Below are positions 51,701 through 64,000 of a stretch of 64,000 bases of DNA, in pieces; position 1 is the first letter of the stretch; each line of letters opens with the position of its first letter. Origin of the DNA: Camelus dromedarius (lineage: Eukaryota); NCBI RefSeq assembly GCF_036321535.1, contig NC_087437.1:67024001-67088000 (forward strand), in the 5' to 3' direction. Under the pieces are notes generated by a model. That model ran no database searches. It had not been told where the DNA came from and saw only the letters and a list, made by a program, of their open reading frames with translations. The translations under genes and the position numbers were made by a program.

Positions 51701-54700
51701 ATCTGAAACTATTTCATTTGTCCTTGAATTACACCTCCAAAGCATTAAGCTATAACTTTTACAGAGTCAGTGGTGCCTGCCCAAAGTGACCAGGATACAG
51801 CCATCCAGCCCTGTAACCATACTTTATGTTACAGGCACATGGATTTTATTGCTTCAGAATGGCAGATTTATAGGGTGCCAGGAATTGCAAAGACTATGCA
51901 CGTGCATCTGTTTAGCAGCTATTGAACAAGTATTCTCTGATACGAAAACTGTGAAGATCCTTGCCCTCACAGAGCCTCCATTTTAGCAAGGAGGGACAGA
52001 AGCAGACAGTAAACACTAAGAATAGCAGGTGTAATGTATAGTATGTTAGGAGGTACATTGGGAAACAGAAAAAGTGGAGAATGGTAAGGAGGTGACCTGA
52101 AAATATGTGAATGAGACTAAATGTAGCTTAATGTTTTTAATTTAAATAAGTTTAAACCTTATATTTAAAAAAATATAAACTTTGAGGAGATTATTCCTTT
52201 TCATGTGTTTTTAGATTACAGGGCCATGAGGAGTTGGGCATTTAGATGCCGGTTTCTAGCCCCTGCAGAAATAATTGGTCATTTAGTCCTGGCCCCTTGG
52301 GACTGGAGAGAAGGACAGAAATAAACTCCAAAATCCCAAGTCTGTAGGTAAGAATTGAGTGAGAAGAAGCTGCAAAGCAGATACTGAATTCCCCCTTTCT
52401 GTTCTCATGGACTTGGAGTTTCTCCTTAAAGATAGAAATATATCCTATTCTAATATTTAACTTTAATGTATAGCAATAATAATTAGTTTTAGTACTTTTG
52501 AGTAAATATCTTTTTACAGAATAGATTTAAATATGATTTTGGGAATGTGTTATTTTAAAGATGCCATTCTTCATTCTTAATGTATACCCTAAAACATTCA
52601 GGTGCAAGGAAAGGCTTAAAAAGGTGAGTGGTGAAAAAGATTCCTTTATTCACCATCTATACTTTCAGTCTTTTATTCTCCCTTTTTCTTCCAGTTACTT
52701 CTCTTTAGGACAATCAGTGTTATTGAAATGAGGAACTGTATATCAGAACTAAAATGAAACCATGTCCCCTGGCATAATCCTCAATTTCTGATGTTCTGTT
52801 TTTCATGTGCACACATAAAATATCTTCCTTTAGGTATTTATTTTGGTTACCAGATTTTCACTGCCCAAAGTTGCCCAATCGGGCTGGAGCTGACCTGATA
52901 GTCTGTAATGTGAAAGTGGCGCCCTGCCCTCTGCCCTGTCTGTGTACGTGCCGTGCTCTGGTACGTTGTGTGCTTCCATCCTTCAGTGCTTTTCGCGCTC
53001 TTGTGCTAGAACTGACTCCGTATATTTCTCCGGGCTGTCGTCCCTGCAGAGATGTAGTTGGGAGGTAGCAGCAGGTGCTTCTGTCAGTTTCCAGGCTCCC
53101 TGGGATTCGCCTCCAGGCTTCGGCGGGGCGTGGGGAGCTGGACCACGCTTGTGTGGGTCAGCCGCCTGTTGCCCGTCCTGCTTCAGCTGCCCAGCTGTGT
53201 GTGTGTGGAGATAGTACAGCATCATTCTCAATTTCTTTTCCAGCTAAATACTTTTCCCCCAAAGAGTAAATAACCTCTTTCTACAAAAGAAGAGATCATT
53301 TAATAGAGAAATGTGAATGGAAAGGCAGATTTTAGTGTTTGAAGATTTTCAAAACTTTTAAAGAAGATCAGTTGTGCTGAATCTTTCATAAAACCGGGTA
53401 GCTATTTGAAATCTGATAGTATTTGAAAACCATAGAAATGACTGTATTACTGAGAGACAACTCAGTAGTACTGATTGCTAGAATAAGTCTCGAATTCTTT
53501 TTTTTCTGGCTTTTTAAATCATCACCTTGAACCAGAAAAACCTATATGAATGTAGTTCAAAACCAGATTTCACTCTAAACTGGCTTCTGTTTTGATAATG
53601 CCGTTATTTTCCTAATCTCAAAGGCTTGAAAACCATGGGTTGATTTTATTTTCTCTCTTATTCAGTATCCTCTAATTCTGCCAAACAGTCCCATCAGTTT
53701 TTCTTCTTAATTCTCTGAACTTGCCTATTTACTCTCCATTTCCAAAGATCCCCTGATTCAGGTCCTCTTTACCTCCTGCTTAGTTTGGTATGACAGTGTT
53801 TGAACTGTTAACCAGTGCCCCTCCCCTCCCTGTTGTTTCTTTTTATACTTAACCTTTTTTCATTTGACAGTTGGACTTACTCTTTAAGGAAAAAAGATAA
53901 ACACAGCCTATCCCGTACCACAGAAGAGCCAAGTTTTTGACTTTTCAATTTTAGAAGTCAAGTTCTAGGCATAAAGGGAATTGATCTGGAAGATTCCAAA
54001 TCAGTTCTTCCCATCCTCAGGAAAGTAGGGCTTGGAATGTGGCACAGAAATCTCGTTCCCGGCAAGGTAGATGGACCTGAGGTAACTTAGGCGGGAGCTG
54101 GGAGATGCCTGTGTGCGCAGGGGCCTGAGTGTAGCCAGGAGAGCCAGGCATGCGGAAGGCTTGTGGGAGGGGGGAGGAGAGGGAGGGGATGGTCTGGGTG
54201 GACCTGTTGGTGGAAGAGCTTCAGGTGTTTGCAGGGATAAAGGCAAATGATCTTCACCCAGCCTGTCCCCAAATCCCCTAGTCTAGCCTTCTGTGATCCT
54301 CTGGAATTTAGATGCGACCCTTGATAAAGAGAAAACCTGAAATTATTGAGATTACCCTGAATTGACTGAAATTTAGTTTTTACCAATTCAGTGGAATGGT
54401 AGTCCCCAAACAGAAATTAAGATCAGTTATACAGAAATAAACTCCGATTTCTGGCACGCCCGAGGTGGTGCTCTGCGCTTTGTGTACCTGTTGCTCTAGC
54501 TCCTTGCCAGTGCTGCCTCTCTAATCTTGCTGCTTTCCCTGAAGGAGTCTACCATGGATGTTTGCAATACATGGCCCGGATTTCCAGATTCTTCGTGGTT
54601 CTACCCCATTGTTTCCCACTGTTCTCTGGACTCGGCCTCTTTCTTAGGCCAATCTCCTCATCAGCCTGGTGTCTGCCAGGGCCTCTCAGCTTCCCACCCA

Positions 54701-56154
54701 GCTGCTCTTCATTGGCTTGTATTTCTCCTCTTTACATTCAGACTGGACTGTGCTCCTCCTCTCTTATGTCAGTCTAGATCCTGTCCATTTTCAAGGTTCA
54801 GCTGATGGCACTGCCTTTTAAAAAGGTGTTTTAAAAATTTTTTCCAATTCACAATGGTCTTGGTTTAAAAAAAGTAGAATAACATTTAGCACTTAGTTAC
54901 ATAGTGCTATTTGTGCCTTGCTTTTTGTTCTATGGCCATTAGTTTTAATTTCTCCAACTAGATGATAAGCTTCTTGGGAATATGGGTCATACACCCCCGT
55001 ATTTTTCTTGCATTCTCTTGAATATGGGCGTAGAGTAGAGAATGGAAAATTACTCATTAATTACTAGGATAGGATCTGTTGCTATTTACGTTGTGTATGT
55101 GAGATGAATTGTATCTTCATCTAGTTTATTCTTTGTGCATTTCTATATCTCCACCACTCCAGCAGTTAAATAAAAGAAGCAAGCAGTGGGTGGATGCGCT
55201 GTGCATGTCTCTGACAAGCAGAACAAAGCTGATTTGCTCTATTTTTAGAAAGCTTGATGGTGTTCATTTTTCAAGTGTCACTTAAAAATGGGTAGCTAAA
55301 TAAGCACTGTGAGTTTTCTAATGCAGTGTTACACTTCAGTAAAAAGCCCCTTGGAATATGGGCACCACGATTTAACGTCTTTAGTTAACACTTGCTCACA
55401 GTTATTGAAGGAATAGAGAAAGCTAATGCTCTGTCCTGTTTAACTTTTTTTTTATTTATGAGAAATTATCTGACATCAATCAGAATCCTTTTTTGACACT
55501 TACAACCTCAAAAGAATAATTTTATCACAGATTTCTGTTCTACGTTTCACTTGTTTGCTTGACAGAAACTCGGCTGGTTTCCTCCTCTGTTCTGTACTTT
55601 CTTTTATATTCAATATCTGGAGCCTCTTTGTAGAAGGCTCCTCCTGCATTAGGTTTTGGAGAGGCTGAATCTTCTTTTCCCATGTTGCTTCTCTGGCTGT
55701 AATGATTCCCTGGAGGCCCAGGGCAGGCAGGAGACCTGGGGAGGGAAGGAAGGAGCTGAAACCTGAGACGCTCAGGCACACAGGGACGTTATCCTGTCCC
55801 CCTCCTGCCACAGCAACGCATCAGTTTTCCCTGGTTCCACAGGACAACACAGAGCCCACTTTGCAGAAGTAAGGCACGTGCCTCTCTTTAGGGATGACCT
55901 CTAAGGCATATATTCTTTTTCACGTGTAAAATTATGTAGTGCATCTAATATTTTTTAAATCCTCAAATGACCTCTTACAAATAATTTGATTTGTAATACT
56001 CTGCTTGTAATGCAACCTTATCTGAGGTGCTTTTTATTTAGAATCTCTCAAAAAATGATGTTTATGTGCGCGCGCACACACGCGCACGTTTTCCTGCTGG
56101 TCATGACCCTGGCAATGGCCTGTCGCATTAAGTTTACTAGAAAGTGTGTCCCTA

Positions 56155-56242
56155 GGGGTGGGGATGTAGCTCAGTGGTAGAGCACGTGCTTAGCATGCAC
56201 TGGGTCCTCAGTTCATTCCCCAGCACCTCATCAAAACGAAAA
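56155..56242 (+). mobile_element. tRNA-Ala(AGC)-derived SINE (camelid vic-1 type)
   Basis: ggggtggggatgtagctcagtggtagagcacgtgcttagcatgcactgggtcctcagttcattccccagcacctc plus A-rich tail. A box intact, B box mutated; degenerate TSD aaagtgtgtcccta (56141-56154) / aaagtgtgcactta (56243-56256). Confidence 0.85.
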
Positions 56243-57714
56243 AAAGTGTGCACTTATTGTGAGAGTAAGGAAGAATATGCTTTAAATCTGGGAGGAATCC
56301 TTGCTTCATTCAGTGATACTGCTTGCCAATGAATAATAAAAAAAATGAAATAAAATAAAATAAATAGAAAGTCCTTTGCAAAGGGAAAACAGTACACCTA
56401 TATTTATTCACTTGCTTGCTCGTGCACTTATTTATTTAACGTGTTTCAATAAAGGCTGATAAGAAAAGCACCCGGTACTATGAGAAAGAATGCACAGAAA
56501 GGGAGCCTCTCTGAGAAGGGTTCTTTAAGGAAGTGATGTCTAAGCTGAAACCTGAAAAGCAAATAGGAACTAGAGAGTGAAAGAGCTGAAGACGAGGCTT
56601 TTCCTTGAAGTTGGAGGGCCTGGTGTGTCAGAGACCTGAGGGCTGGACGCGTGGCACTGCAGCGGAGGGGCAGGGTGGCAGGTGAGGGAGGCAACTTCAT
56701 TTAGAAATGCTTGTGGAAAGTGAACTAGTTTGTTTTGAAGAATCAGTTTGCCCAAACAGTAGATTCTTAAGCAGTCATGTCTAAGTCTTAATAGAGAATA
56801 TGAAGAAAGCCTGGCGGAGAGATTTAACCCAGATCATACTGTGATCAGTGGCCTTTATAAACTTTTTAATCTTTTACTTCAGGATAATGAGTGTAATACC
56901 TGGACAGTTACTGGACAGATTTCATACGTAATGTATATGTGTCTTTGAGTTTAGTATTTTTGGCATTAGTTCTTGAAACTCAGTTTACTTGGCGCCCTGT
57001 ATGTGTAGTAACCTTTAGGACGTGGGTTCCCCCACTGAGACTATAACAACATGGCTGAGTTAGAGCCCTCCTTCAGGACTCTGTGAGACTTCGGAACATG
57101 TCTTTTTTTACCCCTTTCATTTCCCTTCCCCAGCTTATCTATTAGGTCGAGTTACAGGAGGCAGCGGGAGCAGTTGTGTCTTGTAGACATGGTGCTGTGT
57201 TAGCACGTCCCGTGCGGGCAGGGCCCTGTGCATTCCAGAGACATCCTGGGAGTGGAGATGAGGCAAAGGGAGAGGAAGGAGCTCTAGGCCAGCGTGGTTA
57301 AGCTGCGGGACATTCCGTTTAGGAAAGGATAGACTGGGTGTAAAGACTAGGAAGCGGCAAATAGTTTTCCACTTGACTATCTTGAATTTAAATCTAAATC
57401 TGGCCCTTACTAATGTAATCTGGCTGCTTTATTTTTGGGTAAATAGGTAGTCTTTGCTGTACTGTCTCAGTGCCACAAAGTACTAACCTAAGACTGGAAT
57501 CCTTACATGTGTCATTGGAGATTCGTGCTGTGAAGGTGGAAGTTGCCTTTTTAGTTCTGCTCACTCCCTAGTGAGCACACTGTCCAGTGCTTGATAAAGA
57601 AATCAGAAAGGATGCGTGTCTTTTGGTAAATTGGCGATACCTCTTCTGATTTTTAGCTTGCAATTGTTGTAATTAAGGTAAAGCAGATAACTCAGTCAGG
57701 CTTGTAAAGGAGCT

Positions 57715-57950
57715 GTGGCATCAGGAAGAGCAGCGTGGAGTCGGGCATTTTAACACCCCTGCTCTGCCACAAATGGGCCAAGTGGTTTTGGACCAAATAC
57801 GTAGCCTTTCTGAGTTTTTTCCTCATCTGTGAAATGGAGATAACAATCTCTACTTCTTTAGGGTCTGCTGTGAGGATTACAATATGTGTGAAAGTGCCCA
57901 ACACAAGGGTGCCTGGTCCCTAACCTTCAAATGAATGTAATGAAATAATC
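57715..57950 (+). mobile_element. MIR
   Basis: ctttctgagttttttcctcatctgtgaaatggagataacaatctctacttctttagggtctgctgtgaggattacaatatgtgtgaaagtgcc. Confidence 0.8.
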
Positions 57951-59329
57951 GTGAGCACACCTGTGTGAGGTTAGGTCTGCTAGGCCAGACATCCCCGCCT
58001 CTGCCTCTCAGCAGCTTCCAGCTCAGTAGTTGTGAGAACTGACTCTTGCAGTTGTTCCATTTGTTGTTTGAAAAGCTTTAGCAGTGCCATTTCTGCATCA
58101 TGCTTTGACTGAGTGGCCAGACCGGTGGTCAGCCACAGGTTCTGCAGCAGACAGGACGCTCACGGTATCGCCACCCTGCTGGACCGCTGGGGAGTGGACG
58201 AATCATCCTGGTTTGGCTGCTCCCCAGGTTGATGCAGTGGGCGGTGAGTCCACCAGAATGAGGATGAGTGGGAGAGAGAGAGCCTGCATGATCACGGGGA
58301 ATGCTGCTGGGAAGCCAGCAGTCAGAGTCAGCACGGAGACATGGTTTGATGAAAACTGTGATGTGCTTAGAACAAGGTGGCTGGCAAGTGTGTGACAGTG
58401 TACAGTTTACCAGGTGGGGATGAACCTGATACTGGTTTTGTATGACTCATTGTGCATTTTGTATAAAAAAATGAGATAATATTTTTGTGCACTGAAATGG
58501 ATTTTGATTACATTTATATCACATGGGTTTGATCTGCTACCACCATGGTTCTCTCCCTTCAGTTCTTTCTTTTGTATTTTATCCTCCTTTCTGTGGCCTT
58601 TTCTTACCCTTTCTTAATCTTCTTGTCTGGTGTTTTCTGAACACCATGAACTGTTTTGCCCCCAGAACTCATCCACTCTGCTGCTGAGGATAAAACAGGT
58701 TGGCCTTTCCTCATCTTTCTTTCATTCTCTGGAATGACAGTTAATATTGCTTTGCAGTAAACGTGTTTTAATAGATGCTTCTGTAATTCTTAACATTGTG
58801 TACATTTTTGTAGGAATTTTAGTAGATACAGAGGATTATAAAGAAGAAAGTTAAAATCATCTATAGTGCTTTTAGCACTTAGAGGTCACATCTGCAAAGT
58901 TTTAGGTATATCCTTTCTGTCTTAAAAATTGTTTAGTAAACATTTGGATTTTCAGTGCAGCCCACATAGACTTGTTACATTTAGAAAATAGCATTACTGT
59001 ATTTATTTATGGTCTCTAATAATGTGAACTGTTTTACCTTAAGGATTATAGTCACTTCTACAGGAAACTTTTTTTTTTTAAACCACATCTGGTATTGAGC
59101 CAAAACAAGAAGCAACGGAGTGGGAATTAGAAGATGGAAGAGCTCTTTTATTTAGTAATTTATACACATATTAGATACTTAACAAATAATTTTTCTTTTC
59201 TCTTACCTCTCCTCCTTTATTGGCTTCTACTCCTTTTCAGCTCACACAGTGTAGCTAAGGGGTGAATCCTCACTAGAGCTCTTTGGGTGTCTCATGTGAC
59301 ACCTGTTAGAACTTGAGTGCAGCCCCTCA

Positions 59330-59520
59330 AGACATATGGAGTCATCGAAGTTGGAGGCTCCTGACCCCCGGGTACCTATGTTCTCTAAAATTGTATGTCA
59401 AAATATATTTATATGTGTGCTTTTCTGGGAAGGGAATTGGTTCATGAGTCTCATCTTAATCATCTTGTCTGGTGTTTGTGATTGAATTCTGTGACCAGAA
59501 AAAAGATAGAAGATCTGAAT
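59330..59520. mobile_element. MER103-like hAT MITE remnant
   Basis: aaattgtatgtcaaaatatatttatatgtgtgcttttctgggaaggg...ctgtgaccagaaaaaagatagaa. Confidence 0.5.
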
Positions 59521-61311
59521 CTAATATCCGGTTGTGGCCTAGTCCTTGAATTGTTGTCAACTCTTGGTCAGGCAGATGACCTCTCTGAAAAAAAGAGTGG
59601 GGGCCATATGCATAGTGTACATGGAAATTGCAAAAAAAAAAAAAGATTACAAATAGGTTTATTGGTCAGAAAAAAAATTCAAGGACAGTTTACTGCCATT
59701 CTGAACCATGTAAATAAACTGCTGTGATGCTAGCCATGAGCTATGAGATTTGGGGGCAGAACAGGTACAGGCTTCAAACTCTAGGGTGATAGATCTGGTA
59801 GACTGTGTGCAGACATTGCCTGCAAGAATTTCAGACGCAGGGATGAGCTTGTGTAATCTTCTCTTCCACAAGCCCTTATAAATGTGTTTTTCATTTGTGT
59901 GAGATGGTTTAGAAGTGATCTTATTTGGAGTTAAAATAGGTTGGATTACCTATGAAAGAGCCATATGCTCCACGTCTTAAAAAACAAATCTCATAGTTAA
60001 AAATATAAAGTGTCTTTTTTTCTTTCTGTTTGTACCTCCTCCATTTGCTTTGCTTTTCTTCCTGTGAGTAACTTGTGTTATTTGTCGTAATATGTGTACT
60101 TAAGTAGCGAATGTTTTTAGATCCTTTTCTTAGCCTATGACATACTGGTAGGAAGTCCTCTACCCTGACCCCCTACATTTCCTCTTTAGTTCTGCCCATT
60201 TTTCAACCCATCCTCTGATTTGCACTCATTATCTACATGCGTGTCAGCTGTTTATGAAGTGCTGTGGTTAATACACAATCATAGATACTACCCATCCATA
60301 CTTTTTGGCTTCTTTTCCACTTGCTATTTTACTTACAAATCTGCAAAGCAAATATGCAAATTCAGAATGTAATGGTACCCAAGACCGTCTCTCCCAGGGT
60401 GACACCGTGTGCAGAATGCTTCAGATGAGTCCAGAGGGAATACCTGGAAGAACTCAAGGGAAACAAGCGCATCCTTTAGGCTTTGTGTGTGTGGGGGGAG
60501 GTGCTGGAGTGATTATAAAAAACAATGTGTGGAAGGCTGAACTAGACGGGCTCCCAAGGATCTTTCTGGCTCCAGTCGTCTGAGACCTAAAAAATGTTGC
60601 CTAGTTGGAGACCACTGAAAACAAAAGGTTTCTGTGCATGGCAGAGCTCACTGTGCTCCTGACCCAGGAAGCTTGGCAGTGAGGCTCATCACAAGACTGT
60701 CATTAGGCAATCGGAATCCATACCAATTAGGGAATATTAATTAAAATTACTGCCTCCCTAAGGGAAAAAACATTGATTCTCTGTTTCTATAGACAGATAA
60801 AAACATCAACTCTCTATTTATATATATAAATAGGTAGAAATACGGTTTTTTCCCCCCAACCGAAAGAAAGGTAATAACACTGAGTATCTTCTGAAAGTAT
60901 CTAATAATAGGAATCTTTAGTACTTTTAGGTTGAATGACTTCTTTATAGTACCTCGGTGCCACCAAGCAGAACTTTCTCTTTTCGTTCTTGTTTCACCTA
61001 GTGCATCCCGCCCACAGCCCCCATCTCTGTGGTCTCCCATCTACCCATGAATGTAATTCTCCCCCACGGCTATAGTGCTTCCTCAGCCCTCATTAGCATG
61101 ATGGTACCGCATAATTGAAATGAGCCGATGTAAATGAAGAACAGAAGTGTTATTTGTGCCCTGAGTACTTCTGATTGTTGTCTGTTTATCGTGTAGATTT
61201 GACTTCCGGGTGGATGCTAGCAATCATTGTTTTAGCATCCTGTTTTCAGAGAGACAAACTATTGAACTACAGAATGTCAGAGGTGGAATGGACCATGAAG
61301 GGCACATAGTC

Positions 61312-61500
61312 CAGCGATCCTCAAATTTTAGCATGCGTAGGATTGCCTGGGGAGCTTATTAAAGATACTGAGTCTTGAGTGTTAGTTATCTCCTAAGATT
61401 CTGATTCAGATGTCTGAAGTAGGGTCCTTGAATGAGCAGTTTTAAACAAGTGCCTCAGATAATCCTAGTGCACATGGTTTAGGGACCTTATTCTGTAGGT
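61312..61500. mobile_element. MER5B-like hAT MITE
   Basis: cagcgatcctcaaattttagcatgcgtaggattgcctggggagcttattaaagatac...agattctgattcag...ttttaaacaagtgcctcagataatcc. Confidence 0.7.
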
Positions 61501-63084
61501 CACCGGAGCCCAGAGAGTCCCACTCAGGCTAACCTAGGGTTGGGAATGTGGGCTTCTCATTCTGCATTTTTATGTTTTAGCAAAGTGACCAGATCTACTG
61601 CCTTTTGGGGGACTGCTTTTGTAAAGACCGCCAAAGACCTGCTGGTTCCCCTGGTCAGTGTGGCCGACTTGCAGGTTTCATGATAAGTTGACTCCGACAT
61701 ACAAACTGATTTCGTGGCTTATTGTGTACCCTATTTACCCCTATTTCTCCCTTCTCCAGGAACTTGCCCCTCCAGTCGTTCATCCCTCTTCTCTTTCTCC
61801 AGTTCCCCTTCCTTTTCCTACCCCTGAAAGGTGATGTGCCACGAAGTTCTGGCCTTTATTTTTGTGTTTTCTTGAATGATCTTCTGTTCAGCGTTGTGAC
61901 TGCGTGGCCCATTTGTTTGTCTGTGACCCTGAGATCTTGCTCTTTACGTGTACTTCCTTCTGGGCATTTTCATCTGCTGGTCCCGTAGAACGTTCAAACT
62001 CTGTGTGTAAAGCTGAACCCCAAATCATTCTCCCCCGAGCACTTCTTCCGCCTCTATTTCCTATTTTAGTAAATGGTCCTACCAGTGGCCTACCCAGAGT
62101 ACTCAATAACCAGAGTAGATTATTTTTAAACACCCTCCTTTTCTTTATGTCAAACTTATTTTCAGTAGTAATCATGAAATGATTTTTCCTCCTTGTATAC
62201 ATATGATCATGCCAGCCACAAAATAAATATTACAATACAAAATGAAAACTTACAAATTATAGTAATAGAATTATATTGATATAATAATTGAAAAAAGAGG
62301 GAAAATATGTGAAGAAACACTTATAAAGAGTGAGTTCTGCAAGGTTCAGAGTGGCTCACAGGTAGGACAGAACTGAAATAACTCAAGTTGTGTTTCTTCC
62401 TTTACAATCACTGTGATAATCACTGTTTATTTAGAATCTACTCTTCAAACACTGGACTCTGTAGTTGGAGACAGAAACTGCAGCTGAAGCGAGCTCCAAC
62501 TCTTTCAAATAAACACGTATTGCAGGCTGGGCCATGTAATTACATACATGTAAATCCCATAGAATTAGGGATTTCTGGGAAATAACTTCCCTGTGGAATA
62601 TAATGTTTATTAAAGGATAAGTAGTAGAAATGTGCTAATGAAAAGTTTACATAAACATTTTATTACTAAAACTTAACAGTACCCATGACAATTGTTTAGT
62701 ACTTAGACCAACACATTTTCTGAGGGAGTAATTTATTAATGATGTTGTTTAGAATTACTGGTTCATGGTGACAGTAAGAAGCAAACTGACTTCTGTCAGC
62801 TCTATTGTTACTTCTCAGTTGGCTGTAAACTGCACCCCAGTGTCGTCCAGCTCACTCCCATGCCCCTACTGCTCTGTGGGAGCTGGCTGTCCACACAGTC
62901 ACCTCAAACCAGAAGCCTTAGAATCATTTTAAAAAATCCCTTTGCTTCTGTGTTTGTTTGTTTGGTTTTTTTTTGAGTTCACTTTGTTATTCTTTTTTTT
63001 TAAACTTTTTCATTAATTCATTATTTTTGAGACTTTCTTTTTGCAAACATGAACATTTTTGGCAAATTCCCCTTTACCACTTTA

Positions 63085-63170
63085 AAAAATAGCTTTGGTC
63101 TTTTAGAGGTATCATTTATATACAGTAAAATCGACCCCTTTCCCAGTGTACTGTGCTGTGAGTTTTAAAG
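63085..63170 (-). mobile_element. short old-type L1 3' terminus
   Basis: ttttagaggtatcatttatatacagtaaaatcgacccctttcccagtgtactgtgctgtgagtttt resembles the L1MB/MC terminus. Confidence 0.65.
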
Positions 63171-64000
63171 AATGAATATGGTGTGGGGGTGTGAAAGGGC
63201 CTGCGCACCTGCACCACCTGGTGTTGGGGTCGGGAGGCTCAGTGCGGGGCTTCGTGACCAGAGCCAGCTGTTGGGAGCACAGGTCCCATGGTGAGCGCCA
63301 GCAACTCTTTCCAGAAAAGCCCAAGACCAGCCACATCTCGGCAGGAACCAGCCCAAGGAAGAGAGCCACCCTGTACCTGACAGCAACACCCAGATTGAGG
63401 CCCTCTTCTCCCCCACGCCAGGAGGGTCTTGTGAGCCCCCTTGTGTACCGTCTCCTTTGACCTTCCTGGATAAGGGAAAGGGGGGACGTGGAGCTCCAAG
63501 AGTCTGTCCCAAAGATGCTGAGTCCTTCCAAGGGGACCACTTAAACCAGCAATTTTGTCAAGTCAGATTTCGAATTGATAAATGTTTAAGCTGGAGGGTT
63601 GTTTAAACTGGAAGAGATGGAATATTGCTGATTACAAATCTGTTTTCCCACTTCCACTAGGATGGGGCTCCTACAGATGATTAAATCATGTGGAAATGAA
63701 AGAGGTTGCATTTTCTTTGCTCGACTGAATGTTTCAAACATAAATCTGTAATATTTGATCACAAAAACTTACCTTTGTTAAAAGTAGATGTGTAACCCTA
63801 TTATGTGATAATAGAAGTAACATAATAAATGCCTGGGAATAAGGTCAGAAATAGATAAACCAACAGATTTCATTTCTGAGAAGTGACATGATGGGTGATT
63901 TTTCTTTCTCCTTTCTTTTTGTTTTTTCCTCCTAAATTGTCTGAAATAAATAATATACTTTAGTGCTAGGAGAAATAAGTGCTATTAAAAATAAGAAATT

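Larger units (their letters stand above)
5248..64000 (+). other. IGSF11: IGSF11 intron 1 (continues past window end)
   Basis: Starts with GTGAGT. No exon-2-like peptide (VAASLEVSESPGS...) appears in the ORF track or was seen by eye; repeat-rich. A very long first intron is what I recall for human IGSF11. Confidence 0.8.

Noticed and set aside
56157..56230. Possible functional tRNA-Ala gene
   Set aside because: B box and T-stem mutated, 5' extension, A-rich tail and TSD indicate a SINE copy.
56330..56370. Cluster of sense AATAAA hexamers as an intronic poly(A) site
   Set aside because: A-rich low-complexity tract with no clear downstream GU/U-rich element.

Overview
Mammalian genomic DNA, most likely a camelid (inferred from a tRNA-Ala-derived vic-1-type SINE, artiodactyl-type L1 3' ends, and no recognisable Alu/B1/Bov/PRE/Can SINEs). 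The window holds the CpG-island promoter and first coding exon of IGSF11 (BT-IgSF/VSIG3) on the + strand. The ATG is at 5196, 52 coding nt give the signal peptide MTCRGSPLAPLLLLSLH-G, and the donor GTGAGT is at 5248. The following ~58.7 kb is intron 1; exon 2 was not seen. The rest is dominated by interspersed repeats: L1 (mostly antisense), L2, MIR, MLT1 LTRs, a near full-length Charlie1a-type hAT transposon and small hAT MITEs. Almost all ORFs in the track are repeat-derived or chance/GC artefacts. I see no CRISPR array, operon-like system or new protein-coding gene. The most unusual signals are retrotransposition oddities: a compound L1-in-L1 insertion with an apparent template switch and a short 3' transduction, a tailless L1 fragment in the promoter, and two L1-tail chimeras. 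There are also a few candidate regulatory and non-B-DNA elements. Repeat subfamily names come from remembered consensus sequences, and repeat boundaries are approximate unless TSDs are quoted.
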